Shown piece by piece: positions 1-8,413 of a DNA stretch of 64,000 nucleotides (its first letter is position 1; each line of letters begins with the position of its first letter). Below the pieces are notes generated by a model. The model searched no databases, was not told where the DNA came from, and saw only the letters and a list, made by a program, of their open reading frames with translations. Source of the DNA: a virus (Duplodnaviria > Caudoviricetes); IMG/VR virus record IMGVR_UViG_2844571421_000002, positions 1 to 64,000 of that record. One strand, 5' to 3'. The position numbers and the translations under genes were made by a program.

Positions 1-1635
1 TCATGTCTCGGTGTCTCCTGGGTGAGGGGTGGGTTGAGTCAGACGGACGATGACGTCGCGGTAGTGGGTGAGCTCGCGGATGAGCGGGTCGACCTGGCGC
101 AGGGTGACGGGAGTGGGCGTGCGTCTTTCGAGGTAGCGGCGCACGAAGCGGTAGGTGGGGACGCCCACCTCGAGAGCCACCTCGCAGGCGTCGTCCAGGG
201 CAGCGGCGCCGTGCTTCTTCACCAGGGACAGCACGCCCAGGATGCGGCGGGTGCCCACCTCTCCTTCTCGGCGGTGCACCTCGGCGCAAAGGGCGGCGAC
301 GCCGCGTCCGGCCCTGGCGGCGCGCTCGAGAAGTTGCACGGTGGTGCGCGGCGCGTGGGAAGGCCTGTCCTCCTCGCGTGTGCGGTGGTGGCCGCGAGGG
401 GCCCGGGTGTGCTCCCGGAGCAGTTGCCCCGTAGCGGGCAGCAGCAGGCGGACGTGGAGGCTGTCCCACTGCACGTGCAGCTTGCGGCCGATGTGTCCCG
501 GGGGCACCGAGTAGTACGCGCCGTCCACCTCGACGTGCCCGTCCAGGTGCACCACTCGCTCACCGTAGGCGTAGTAGCGGAAGGGCTCCACGGGCAGGGC
601 CAGCAGCCATGGGCGCTCCTCGCCGAACATGGCGGCCACCTGGCGCTTGGTGGTGCCGTGGATTCGGGTGTCCGCCCACTTCGCCTCCCACGCGTCGAGG
701 TAGACCTGGGCGGCCTCCAGCGACTCGAAGCGCAGGCCCTTCAGCGGCGTGCGCTGCGCGTGGCCCACCGCAGACTCCACCTTCCCCTTCCTGTCCGGGT
801 GGCGGACTCGGGCCGGCAGGGCCGTGGCCCCGTAGTGGGCCAGCACGTCCCGGAAGAGCGGATTGAGGGCCGGCTCGTAGACGTCGGGCGAAAGCACCCC
901 CTCACGCAGGTTGTCCAGCACCACCGTGCGCGTCACGCCTCCCAGCCGCCGGAAGGCCTCCTCGTGCAACTGCGCCCACGCGCGGCTGGAGGACTTCCAG
1001 CACAACAGCCGCACTGACTTGCGGCTGTAGCCCAGCGTCATGACGAACATGCGCGTGCGCCGGTATTTCCCCGTCTCCGGGTGGCGCACCATGGGCCCCT
1101 CCCCATAGTCCACCTGCGCTTCCTCGCCCGGCGTTGTGTGGATGACGGCCTTGGCCTCCGGGCCCTGGCTGTCGCGCAACGCCCGGACGAAGCGGCGCAC
1201 GCTAATGTAGCTGCCCGTGTAGCCCTGCGTGTCGACGAGCTCCTCGTAGATGGCGCGCCCGTTGCGGCCCACCTCCAGCCGCTGCCGCACCAGCTCGACG
1301 TAGGGCGCGACGATGCTCGCCGATACGTGCCGGACTCCGGCTCGGCTGCGCGGCATGGAGTCGGTGGTCCCCTCATTGGCCGGTTTTGCTCCGGCGGCCT
1401 CGGCCTCCGGCTCACTCGCCTCGGTGGTCCCCTCATTGGCCGGTTTTGACTTGCCCCACCGGCGCGGTGGACGGATGCCCACGCCCGCGGCCTTCAGGTA
1501 GCCGCTGGCCGTCTCACGGCGCACCCCCGTCGCATCCTCGATACGTCTCAGACTCCAACCCAACCGCCCCAGGGCGATGACCTGCTGCTTCTTCTCGTCG
1601 CTCAAGACGTTGCCCATCCCCCGGGCGGACTCCAC
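1..1635 (-). CDS. istA: IS21-family transposase IstA (start may be ATG at 1617)
   Basis: N-terminal HTH (SLRRIEDATGVRRETASGYL); PGEEAQVDYG, VLDNLREGV and RKGKVES DDE-region motifs; C-terminal VEVDGAYYSVP typical of IstA. Confidence 0.92.
   Translation of the reverse strand: MESARGMGNVLSDEKKQQVIALGRLGWSLRRIEDATGVRRETASGYLKAAGVGIRPPRRWGKSKPANEGTTEASEPEAEAAGAKPANEGTTDSMPRSRAGVRHVSASIVAPYVELVRQRLEVGRNGRAIYEELVDTQGYTGSYISVRRFVRALRDSQGPEAKAVIHTTPGEEAQVDYGEGPMVRHPETGKYRRTRMFVMTLGYSRKSVRLLCWKSSSRAWAQLHEEAFRRLGGVTRTVVLDNLREGVLSPDVYEPALNPLFRDVLAHYGATALPARVRHPDRKGKVESAVGHAQRTPLKGLRFESLEAAQVYLDAWEAKWADTRIHGTTKRQVAAMFGEERPWLLALPVEPFRYYAYGERVVHLDGHVEVDGAYYSVPPGHIGRKLHVQWDSLHVRLLLPATGQLLREHTRAPRGHHRTREEDRPSHAPRTTVQLLERAARAGRGVAALCAEVHRREGEVGTRRILGVLSLVKKHGAAALDDACEVALEVGVPTYRFVRRYLERRTPTPVTLRQVDPLIRELTHYRDVIVRLTQPTPHPGDTET
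1361..1448. repeat. Two exact 28-bp direct repeats inside istA, 60-bp period
   Basis: TCGGTGGTCCCCTCATTGGCCGGTTTTG at 1361-1388 and 1421-1448; encodes KPANEGTT twice and shares CATTGGCCGGTTTT with the IS end. Confidence 0.9.
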
Positions 1636-1721
1636 GTCCTACCCGGGCGTCAACGTCTCGGCCCTCCCCATTGGCCGGTTTTCAGGGGACCTTCATTGGC
1701 TGGTTTTGGGTGACCACTGAG

Positions 1722-1937
1722 GGCCTGCTGGCGTAACGATTCGTTCTCGGCGCGCAGCCGCGCAATCTCCGACGCGGTTCGAATGCAGCGGCTCTCCGAC
1801 ATCCAGCAGCCGCCCTCAACCTCGACGGCTGCCGTGCCGCCATCGGGGAAGAGCTGAGCGCGCTCGACGCTGACGACCTCCGAGCCCGACGCGGGAAGCG
1901 CGAGCAGCCCAACCAGCACGAGCGCGCCGAGCTTCAC
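1722..1937 (-). pseudogene. IS21-disrupted last gene of the lysis cassette (putative spanin-like protein); C-terminal membrane anchor lost
   Basis: Matches intact paralog 40496-40798 up to ESLRQQA, then reads into IS sequence. Confidence 0.85.
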
Positions 1938-2386
1938 TTGTTGCCCCGGGAGTCGAGCTGCTCAAGCACGGCAATCGCCGCAGCCTTCTCCGCGACCTGC
2001 CCAGCAGCAAGCGCTCCCGCCAGTTCGGCGCGGGCAATGGCGGCGCTCCCGAACAGAATCCGCTTGATGATGGTGAAGCCACCAGCGGCCGTCAGGGCGA
2101 CTTGCAGCGCCGTCAGCATCAGCGCCAGCGAGAACGGCGCCCCAGCAGCAAGCGCGTTCGCTACCGCTCCAGCGAGGGAGAGGCCAAGCACGAGGACCGC
2201 GCCGCCCCTGTCGGTATTGAAGAACGGGATGAACCCGCCACCGAATCTCCGCAGCAGGTAGACGAGCACCACCACCACCAGGGCGGCGAGCAGCGCGTAG
2301 TTCCGGCTCGTCACGGCGTCGAGAAGAAGGCGCGCGAACTCCTCGAACTGCTCGGGGTTCGGCCCGACTACACCAGCGTCAACCAT
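1934..2386 (-). CDS. Multi-pass membrane protein, putative holin
   Basis: 150 aa with three to four hydrophobic segments, adjacent to the endolysin; paralog at 40795-41247. Confidence 0.6.
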   Translation of the reverse strand: MVDAGVVGPNPEQFEEFARLLLDAVTSRNYALLAALVVVVLVYLLRRFGGGFIPFFNTDRGGAVLVLGLSLAGAVANALAAGAPFSLALMLTALQVALTAAGGFTIIKRILFGSAAIARAELAGALAAGQVAEKAAAIAVLEQLDSRGNK

Positions 2387-2398
2387 GTTGCCTCCGGG

Positions 2399-2932
2399 TT
2401 AGAAGCCCAGCCGCTCCAGTTCGGCCGCGAGCTTCGGGTTTGCTGCACGCCACTTCGGCGACAGGCGCTCGGCATCGAGGCGAGCCCACACGTCGGCGAG
2501 GGAACTCTGTTGGACCAGGGTGCGAAGCGGCGTGAGCTGAAGCGCACTCACGTAGCCCGGCCACTGCACATGGGGGGAGTCGCCGAACCTGCCGCCCCAC
2601 ACGAGGCCCGCCTTCGTCGCTTCTTCTCCCAGCACGCGGTAAGCCGACTCGCGCCAATCCGGCTGAACGCTAGGTCGCGGGCTCGCGTCACAGACGAAGT
2701 CGAAGGCGAGCCCGTAGTTGTGAGCGGACAAGCCTGCGGGCGATGCCTTTCCGCCCTTGCCCGACACGTACAGCCGACGTAGTTCCGCCTGCTCCGGCAG
2801 GTCACGGAAGCCGTGCGTCGCTACGTAGCGAACGCCCCGGGCCGCGCAATGCGCGACGACCTCCAGGGACACCGCGACGAACGGCAGGAAGACGCGGTCC
2901 AGGTCGACCCGTTCGAAGTTCGCATGGGTCAT
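2399..2932 (-). CDS. Endolysin, M15-family (L-Ala-D-Glu type) peptidase, 177 aa; true start ATG 2932
   Basis: SAHNYGLAFD and DSPHVQ zinc-peptidase motifs; TGATG overlap with the upstream gene's stop. Confidence 0.85.
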   Translation of the reverse strand: MTHANFERVDLDRVFLPFVAVSLEVVAHCAARGVRYVATHGFRDLPEQAELRRLYVSGKGGKASPAGLSAHNYGLAFDFVCDASPRPSVQPDWRESAYRVLGEEATKAGLVWGGRFGDSPHVQWPGYVSALQLTPLRTLVQQSSLADVWARLDAERLSPKWRAANPKLAAELERLGF

Positions 2933-3216
2933 CACGATCCCCGCCCGCCCGACTGGGACATGCGGAGAAGCTCCAGTTCGACGATTTGCTGAACCTGAGC
3001 CGGAAGCCCTCGGATGAACTCGTCGCGCCACCGACGCAGCGCGCCCAACTCCACGGCTACGGCATTAATGCGCTCGTCCTGCCGCGCAACCTTCTCAACG
3101 AGGGCTCGAATCTCCCCGACCAGGGACTTCGCGGCCCAGGTGAGGACGCCGACTCCCGCCGTTCCAAGCAGGGAGCCGACTACGAGTTGCACGGACTGAG
3201 TCTCTTCTGCGGTCAC
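2932..3216 (-). CDS. First lysis-cassette gene: small membrane protein (N-terminal TM plus coiled coil)
   Basis: 94 aa; hydrophobic LVVGSLLGTAGVGVLTWA then heptad-like segment; paralogs at 41790-42077 and 43428-43710. Confidence 0.7.
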   Translation of the reverse strand: MTAEETQSVQLVVGSLLGTAGVGVLTWAAKSLVGEIRALVEKVARQDERINAVAVELGALRRWRDEFIRGLPAQVQQIVELELLRMSQSGGRGS

Positions 3217-3245
3217 AGCGCCACCGGGGCGAAAGGGTGCTCCCG

Positions 3246-3276
3246 GTAAATGCGTGCGGATTTTGGAAGTGGCTCA
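3246..3276 (-). promoter_or_regulatory. Putative phage-sigma promoter for the lysis cassette
   Basis: Minus strand TGAGCC-ACTTCCAAAATC-CGCACGCATTTAC; one of 17 copies. Confidence 0.7.
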
Positions 3277-3692
3277 TGCATCTGCGTAGGACCATGGATG
3301 CGGAAGGCGCTCCAGACGCACTCACAATCCTTCCCCACAATGGCGTACCGGACACATCATCCTTCGGGCCGCCCGAATGCGTTAAGCCTAGCGAGCATGA
3401 AACCGACACGTCGGCCTCATGTGCCCCTCCTCCCTCCTGAGAATGGGAATGTCTGACAGCTCGACCACAGCCGACCGGAGGGCATGGGTGACGTCATGGG
3501 GCTTCCACTCAAATTCTCACACGCCAGAAGACACAAATAAAAACACCTACCCTATCCATCTCACCTGTTAAAAACACCACAAAGGAAAGCACCGAAGTCT
3601 CGATATGCCATTGCAGATGGAAAGCCCCCATCAACACATGTAGATATCAGCCTGTGCGGACTGGGCCGCACAAACACAGAGAGAGACTTCCT

Positions 3693-4298
3693 TTGAGAAA
3701 GCTGAAGACGGTGTCATTTATGATTGCCATGACTCTTGGGATCGCCGTGGTAGGCTTTCCCACCTGGGCGCTCGCGGAGGCTGACTGCGCGAAAACCCAG
3801 GATCAGATCCAGGCATGGATCGAAGAAAACGCAGGCAAGCTTCCGACCACATTGGAGGGAGTGAGCCGGCATCCAATGGCATACCGCAGGGCTATCCTTG
3901 ATTCCCTACATCCAGAACAGAAAGTCGCGCTCTGGGGGGAGCACATTCGTCAGTACATCGCAAGCCACCCGCAGTTGAGCGCGAAGCAGATCGCGGTTCT
4001 TGAAAAGGTTCTGACAACGCTCAGTCCTCAACTCTACACCATTGGCATCACCCCGGAGGTCCAGCGAGTGCAAGCTGCGGTCAAGGAAGCTTTCGCTCCA
4101 GAGGAGGCGCGTCTCATCGTGGCCACACTGGGCCCACCAGAGTCCCCCGGCGCCGAGGCTTCACTAGCTCCAATCTGTGAGTGCAGTCGAGCAGATGCGT
4201 GGTGCGGTGGATTCCGATGCAGGGCATACTCATGCACGAAGAAGACCTCTGGGTGCGGATGGTTTGGGCTTTCCAAGTGTGACGGCCTCTGTGGCTGA
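3693..4298 (+). CDS. Fulvocin C-related bacteriocin precursor (cargo); start probably TTG 3693 or ATG 3720
   Basis: Signal peptide (MRKLKTVSF...WALA), helical pro-region, C-terminal peptide with 8 Cys (CECSRADAWCGGFRCRAYSCTKKTSGCGWFGLSKCDGLC). AT-richer than its flanks and opposite in orientation to the phage arm. Confidence 0.7.
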   Translation: MRKLKTVSFMIAMTLGIAVVGFPTWALAEADCAKTQDQIQAWIEENAGKLPTTLEGVSRHPMAYRRAILDSLHPEQKVALWGEHIRQYIASHPQLSAKQIAVLEKVLTTLSPQLYTIGITPEVQRVQAAVKEAFAPEEARLIVATLGPPESPGAEASLAPICECSRADAWCGGFRCRAYSCTKKTSGCGWFGLSKCDGLCG

Positions 4299-4345
4299 GT
4301 AGGCTTTCTCGAATCCGCGAGCGTAACCCGAACTCCAGGATTGGC

Positions 4346-4376
4346 GGCTGTTTTTGGAATTAGCGAAAACACAGCC
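4346..4376. terminator. Hairpin between the convergent bacteriocin and tail-tip genes, possible terminator
   Basis: GGCTGTTTTT...AAAACACAGCC imperfect stem. Confidence 0.35.
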
Positions 4377-4407
4377 GAGGGCCTCGCATTCCAAAAGACG
4401 GCCATTC

Positions 4408-7400
4408 CTAGTCGCGGGGCTTGAGATTGTGCGCAAGTAGTCCCTGCACAACGTAGGTCCTCGCGAAGCGAACGGTGATCTTCATCACATCGCCAGCGGC
4501 CGAAGGTACCACGCGCGCAACTCGCCCCGGAGCGACTCCATCAACCGTCTCTCCGGGGCGCAGTTCGTCAGTGCGAGTCCAGCCGCGCTCAAACGTCCGC
4601 CAGCGATGGTCCGGCGTCACGACGAGCACACGCCCATCCATCATGGTGAGCGTGCAGCGCGCCGCCTGATGCCTGCTGACGTGCGTCACCTCGAAGATGC
4701 CGCCGTCTCTCTCGTGCTCGTGCATGGTGAGCACTCGCATCCCAGGTCGGAGCATTTCGGCAGGCACTTCCGAACCATCGGCGAGCAACACCGGCTCCCA
4801 CGGCGCGACGCAGGTTCCGTGCGAACCCCCACCACCTCCACCGCCGCCAGTTGGCGTTGATGCAGGCCCCGTCACGCTCCGCACCATGTTGACGTTGTAA
4901 CTGATCGGCGGGAAAAACCACCGCTCGGCGCTGTAGCCGCTCGCGTTGTGGAGCCGCACCTTCAGGTAAAGCAGCCTGTTCGCCATCGCGTCCCGCAGCC
5001 GGTTGAACCTGTCGCCATACATGAAGGTGAAGCCAGCGCTCGTCGCGTTACTGGCGTCGCCGTCCACCGCCCCGTTCTGATACTTGCGGTCAGCAAGTGG
5101 CACCGACGTCCCATAGAGCCACTGGGGCGCGTTGCTGTCGCTATACGCCCAATAGAACCCCACCTCCATGAAGCGCAGCGCATCCAGGTTGTCGCTCACC
5201 GCCTGCGGCTGAATGACGGCATGGTAGTGCGCCCAGGTGAAGTTCGCCGCGCCACCAGCCGCCCCAGCAATCGCGTAACCCTCAAGCACCTGGATGTTCA
5301 GCCGGTCGATGTTCGGAACGCCCTCGTTGTTGCCTCGGTAGTAGATGCGGCTTCCCGTATCGGCGAGGGCCTGCACGGAACGGAAGAAGGCATCGCTCAG
5401 GTAGTAGCGCCCCACCTGGACATTGTTTGAGGCGACCTTGAGCGTTGTTCCGAGGTTGTCGAGCTTCGCCCCGGCCGTGGGGATGCCGCTGCCGTCCTCG
5501 GCGTAGTTGGACGTCTTGAGGGTGTTCGCCGCGAGCAAATCGAAAGTGACCATCTTCCTCATGGAGACGGCATCGAAGTAGAGCCGCTTGCCCACGTCCG
5601 CCACCGCCACCTGGGTTTCCCAGAAGAGCTGAACCCCCGTACAACCGGCCGGGCACGTACCCTTCACGGTGACACGCCGGTACGTCGTCCCGAGCTGCCC
5701 CAGAAAGACGCCCGTATTCTGGCCCGCGTAGACGCCGCTTCCGTCCTCCCAAAGCAAATGAAGGGTTCCCATGCCCCCGACGGTGACGGACGACGCCTTG
5801 ACGTAGACCTCGGCGAAGAACTCGTCCCCAGGGGAGCACTTGAGCCGCCCGCCTGGAACCTCTGAGCCATACCCGCCCGTCCAACTCAGCCCCGGCCACG
5901 CCCCCGTGTTCGTCAGCTCCACCCGGCGCACCCAACGACCAACCCGGGCGTTCGTGGGGTCCTCGACAAGCCTGTCACCGTCGGGCGACTTCCCCAGCGC
6001 GCGAATGCCCGCTTCGTTGTAGCCGTTCGGAATGAGGTTGTCGGTAGGCGGGTACAGCAGGTGCTGGAAGCCGACCGCGGCATCGCTCAGCGACGCGCCC
6101 TCGAGCTGCTTCGGCGTGACGGCGAGCTGAGGCGACGCGGTCCCTCGATTGCCGAAGCGATCCCGAGGAACCACGCGCACGAAGTAGGTCGTCCCCGGCA
6201 TCAGGTCGGACACACCGAATGCCGTCGTGTCGAAAGTCCCGCGCAGGGTGGAGCTGCTCGGCGTGAAGCCGCTGGACGTCGAAACGTGCAGTTCGTACCC
6301 CGAAGCAACTGGGCCACTCGAAGCCGGGGTGAGGGACAGTGAGAAGCCGTTCACGACGGCCGTCACGTTGATGTCGAGCGGGACATGCGGCGGGGACGTG
6401 TGCGCGGGCTCGCCCAGGCCGGGACGCGTGTCCATCTCCAGCCACATGGAGATGCCGAAGGAGGGCTTCCCGCGCGTTGTAAGCGTGGTGCGCGCGTCCC
6501 CCTCCGACGAGAAGACGTGGCGAAACCCGGTGACTGCCAGGTTCTGCGCGTCCGAGTAGTGAACGCCGTTGGGGAGGAACCGGTAGACGTCGCCCAGCTC
6601 CACCGGCAGGAAGAAGTCGAGGTCGATTTCCTGGTCGGCGAGCGGCTCGCACAAGTCGGACAGGGCCGCTTCCGCCATTTTCCGCGCTTCAACCTCACGG
6701 TTGATGTTGCTCGAAGCGTCCTCGGCGATTTGCATGTAGCGCACGCCGTAGGCGTCCTGGCTCGCGACGTCCTCGACGACAACGCTCTTCGTCTTGGCGT
6801 GCCCGGTGACGTCCAAGTCCCCCGCATCCGAGAAGACGACCTCCACCTTGTTCCGGACGTCCGTCCTGCTCACCACGAGCTTCGCGACGTCGCGGTAGTC
6901 GTTCGGGCCGAAGGTCCACGCGAGCGGCGGATTTGTGCGGTTGGGCTCGGTGAACGTCAACGCGAACGTCCCGCTCGACTCGCGCCAGCGGTAGCGCGCC
7001 TCCCAGCCAATCTGCTGAGCCAGGTCGCGAACGGCATCGAGAACGCTCGCCTTCTTCTGCGCGTACTGACGGAGCCTCCACCCGGGGGACACTGGGGTAT
7101 GGAGCACCACGCCCGCCCCACCGTCCGTCAGGATGGCCTGCATCACGCCCTCGACGGCAACGCCCTGGACGTCGTCACCGTAGGCCCGCTCAGCCTCAAT
7201 GAACGTGTCCTGGAGTCGGCCGCCCAAGTCACGCCCACGGAAGACGAGCTGTTCGCCAGCGAAGTCGACTTCGTCGATGTCCCCATGAAACAGCGTGTGC
7301 CACTCGCTCCTGCTGGGCGACATGCCGATGGGCAAAACCGCAGCCTCGACGATGAACTCTCGCCCCGGCCGGATGAGTTGCCCGCTTGAGGCATTCAGTT

Positions 7401-7644
7401 TCGAGTCTGCCCGGAGCGGGGCCACGCTGAAGAGTTCAATCTGCCGCTTGAGCGTCACCGTCGCGGCGGAGACGGGCTGGTCAACGTCCTCATCCACCTC
7501 AACGGCGTCGAGAAAGTCTCGCCCTTCAAGCTGGCTCAGATTCCGCCACGTCCCCGCGTCGTCGAGCACCTTCACCCGAACATGGGAAGCGTGTCCGGCC
7601 GGGTTTGTGAGCACCGCCAGCCCCTGAGACGACATGCTACGCAT
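4408..7644 (-). CDS. Tail tip / hub protein with FN3-like and carbohydrate-binding-like regions and a C-terminal Hint domain
   Basis: 1078 aa, downstream of TMP and Dit. FN3-like PHVPLDINVTA...YELHVS...YFVRVVPRDRFGN; Gly-rich linker; Hint domain CVAPWEPV...TPDH...LAHN. Confidence 0.8.
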   Translation of the reverse strand: MRSMSSQGLAVLTNPAGHASHVRVKVLDDAGTWRNLSQLEGRDFLDAVEVDEDVDQPVSAATVTLKRQIELFSVAPLRADSKLNASSGQLIRPGREFIVEAAVLPIGMSPSRSEWHTLFHGDIDEVDFAGEQLVFRGRDLGGRLQDTFIEAERAYGDDVQGVAVEGVMQAILTDGGAGVVLHTPVSPGWRLRQYAQKKASVLDAVRDLAQQIGWEARYRWRESSGTFALTFTEPNRTNPPLAWTFGPNDYRDVAKLVVSRTDVRNKVEVVFSDAGDLDVTGHAKTKSVVVEDVASQDAYGVRYMQIAEDASSNINREVEARKMAEAALSDLCEPLADQEIDLDFFLPVELGDVYRFLPNGVHYSDAQNLAVTGFRHVFSSEGDARTTLTTRGKPSFGISMWLEMDTRPGLGEPAHTSPPHVPLDINVTAVVNGFSLSLTPASSGPVASGYELHVSTSSGFTPSSSTLRGTFDTTAFGVSDLMPGTTYFVRVVPRDRFGNRGTASPQLAVTPKQLEGASLSDAAVGFQHLLYPPTDNLIPNGYNEAGIRALGKSPDGDRLVEDPTNARVGRWVRRVELTNTGAWPGLSWTGGYGSEVPGGRLKCSPGDEFFAEVYVKASSVTVGGMGTLHLLWEDGSGVYAGQNTGVFLGQLGTTYRRVTVKGTCPAGCTGVQLFWETQVAVADVGKRLYFDAVSMRKMVTFDLLAANTLKTSNYAEDGSGIPTAGAKLDNLGTTLKVASNNVQVGRYYLSDAFFRSVQALADTGSRIYYRGNNEGVPNIDRLNIQVLEGYAIAGAAGGAANFTWAHYHAVIQPQAVSDNLDALRFMEVGFYWAYSDSNAPQWLYGTSVPLADRKYQNGAVDGDASNATSAGFTFMYGDRFNRLRDAMANRLLYLKVRLHNASGYSAERWFFPPISYNVNMVRSVTGPASTPTGGGGGGGGSHGTCVAPWEPVLLADGSEVPAEMLRPGMRVLTMHEHERDGGIFEVTHVSRHQAARCTLTMMDGRVLVVTPDHRWRTFERGWTRTDELRPGETVDGVAPGRVARVVPSAAGDVMKITVRFARTYVVQGLLAHNLKPRD

Positions 7645-7650
7645 TGAGTC

Positions 7651-8412
7651 TTAAACCTCTCGCAAGGTGAATTCGAGCCGCTCGCCGATGACGCGCGCCC
7701 CGTGGTGGATGAATTCGACGAACTCGCCGTCCCGCACTTCTCCAAGCACCTTCGTCTCACCGACGGAAAAGGCCCCGCCCGCCGTCAGGTGCGGCAACGC
7801 GCTCCACGCGCGAACCGAGTGCAACAAGGCCACTTCCGGAATCCACGAGTCCGGAGCCATGAACGGCAAGCCGACGACGTCGTCGAAGCGCCGCAGGTTG
7901 AGCGCCCCCGTCAAAGCAAGGGAACCGCCGGAGACACTCAGCCCGCCCGCGCTCGCCGCAGCCGCCCCCTGAATCCAGCGAGCCCCGTCGCTCCGGTTGA
8001 TGACCTGGAGCCAGCCGCCCCCTGTTGCGTCGAAGAGGTGGTGCAGCGTCGTCCAGCGGGGCCCGAGCTGCATCGCCCAGGTGCAAGACACGCCGAGGGG
8101 CAGTTCGAAGCCGCCATCAAAGCGGGCGCGCTGAAAGAGGCTCCCCGATGCATTCGATGGGGCAAGGCCCCGACTCGTGAAGGTGTCGCCGTCGAATGCG
8201 AGTGCGTGGCCGTCCCCGGCAATCAGCCCACGGAAGGCCAACGCCTCAACGGATGACAGAGGCCCCGTCTTGAACTCCCACTCTTGGCGCGTCGCACGGC
8301 GCCCAAGCCGGTAGACGCCGCTGAATGAGCGCGAGTCGACGCCGATGCTCACCTGCCTGCGCCGTCCCTCGACGACGGGCACGGTGATGCCATTCAAGCT
8401 CAGGAAGGGCAT
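7651..8412 (-). CDS. Distal tail (Dit-like) protein
   Basis: 253 aa between TMP and tail tip; conserved paralog at 48229-48990. Positional call. Confidence 0.55.
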   Translation of the reverse strand: MPFLSLNGITVPVVEGRRRQVSIGVDSRSFSGVYRLGRRATRQEWEFKTGPLSSVEALAFRGLIAGDGHALAFDGDTFTSRGLAPSNASGSLFQRARFDGGFELPLGVSCTWAMQLGPRWTTLHHLFDATGGGWLQVINRSDGARWIQGAAAASAGGLSVSGGSLALTGALNLRRFDDVVGLPFMAPDSWIPEVALLHSVRAWSALPHLTAGGAFSVGETKVLGEVRDGEFVEFIHHGARVIGERLEFTLREV

Positions 8413-8413
8413 C

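Larger units (their letters stand above)
1..1721 (-). mobile_element. IS21-family insertion sequence, left part only (istA plus left end); continues beyond the window start
   Basis: istA ORF 1-1635. Terminal repeats CATTGGCCGGTTTT (1669-1682) and CATTGGCTGGTTTT (1694-1707). Phage sequence resumes at GGCCTGCTGGCGTAACGA (1722), which matches the uninterrupted paralog near 40583. Confidence 0.88.

Noticed and set aside
1650-1937. 95-aa ORF as an intact gene
   Set aside because: It is a read-through fusion of the broken lysis gene into the IS21 end.
4408-4812. Hint domain as a true splicing intein or homing element
   Set aside because: The +1 residue is Leu rather than Cys/Ser/Thr, the C-extein is five residues, and there is no endonuclease insert.
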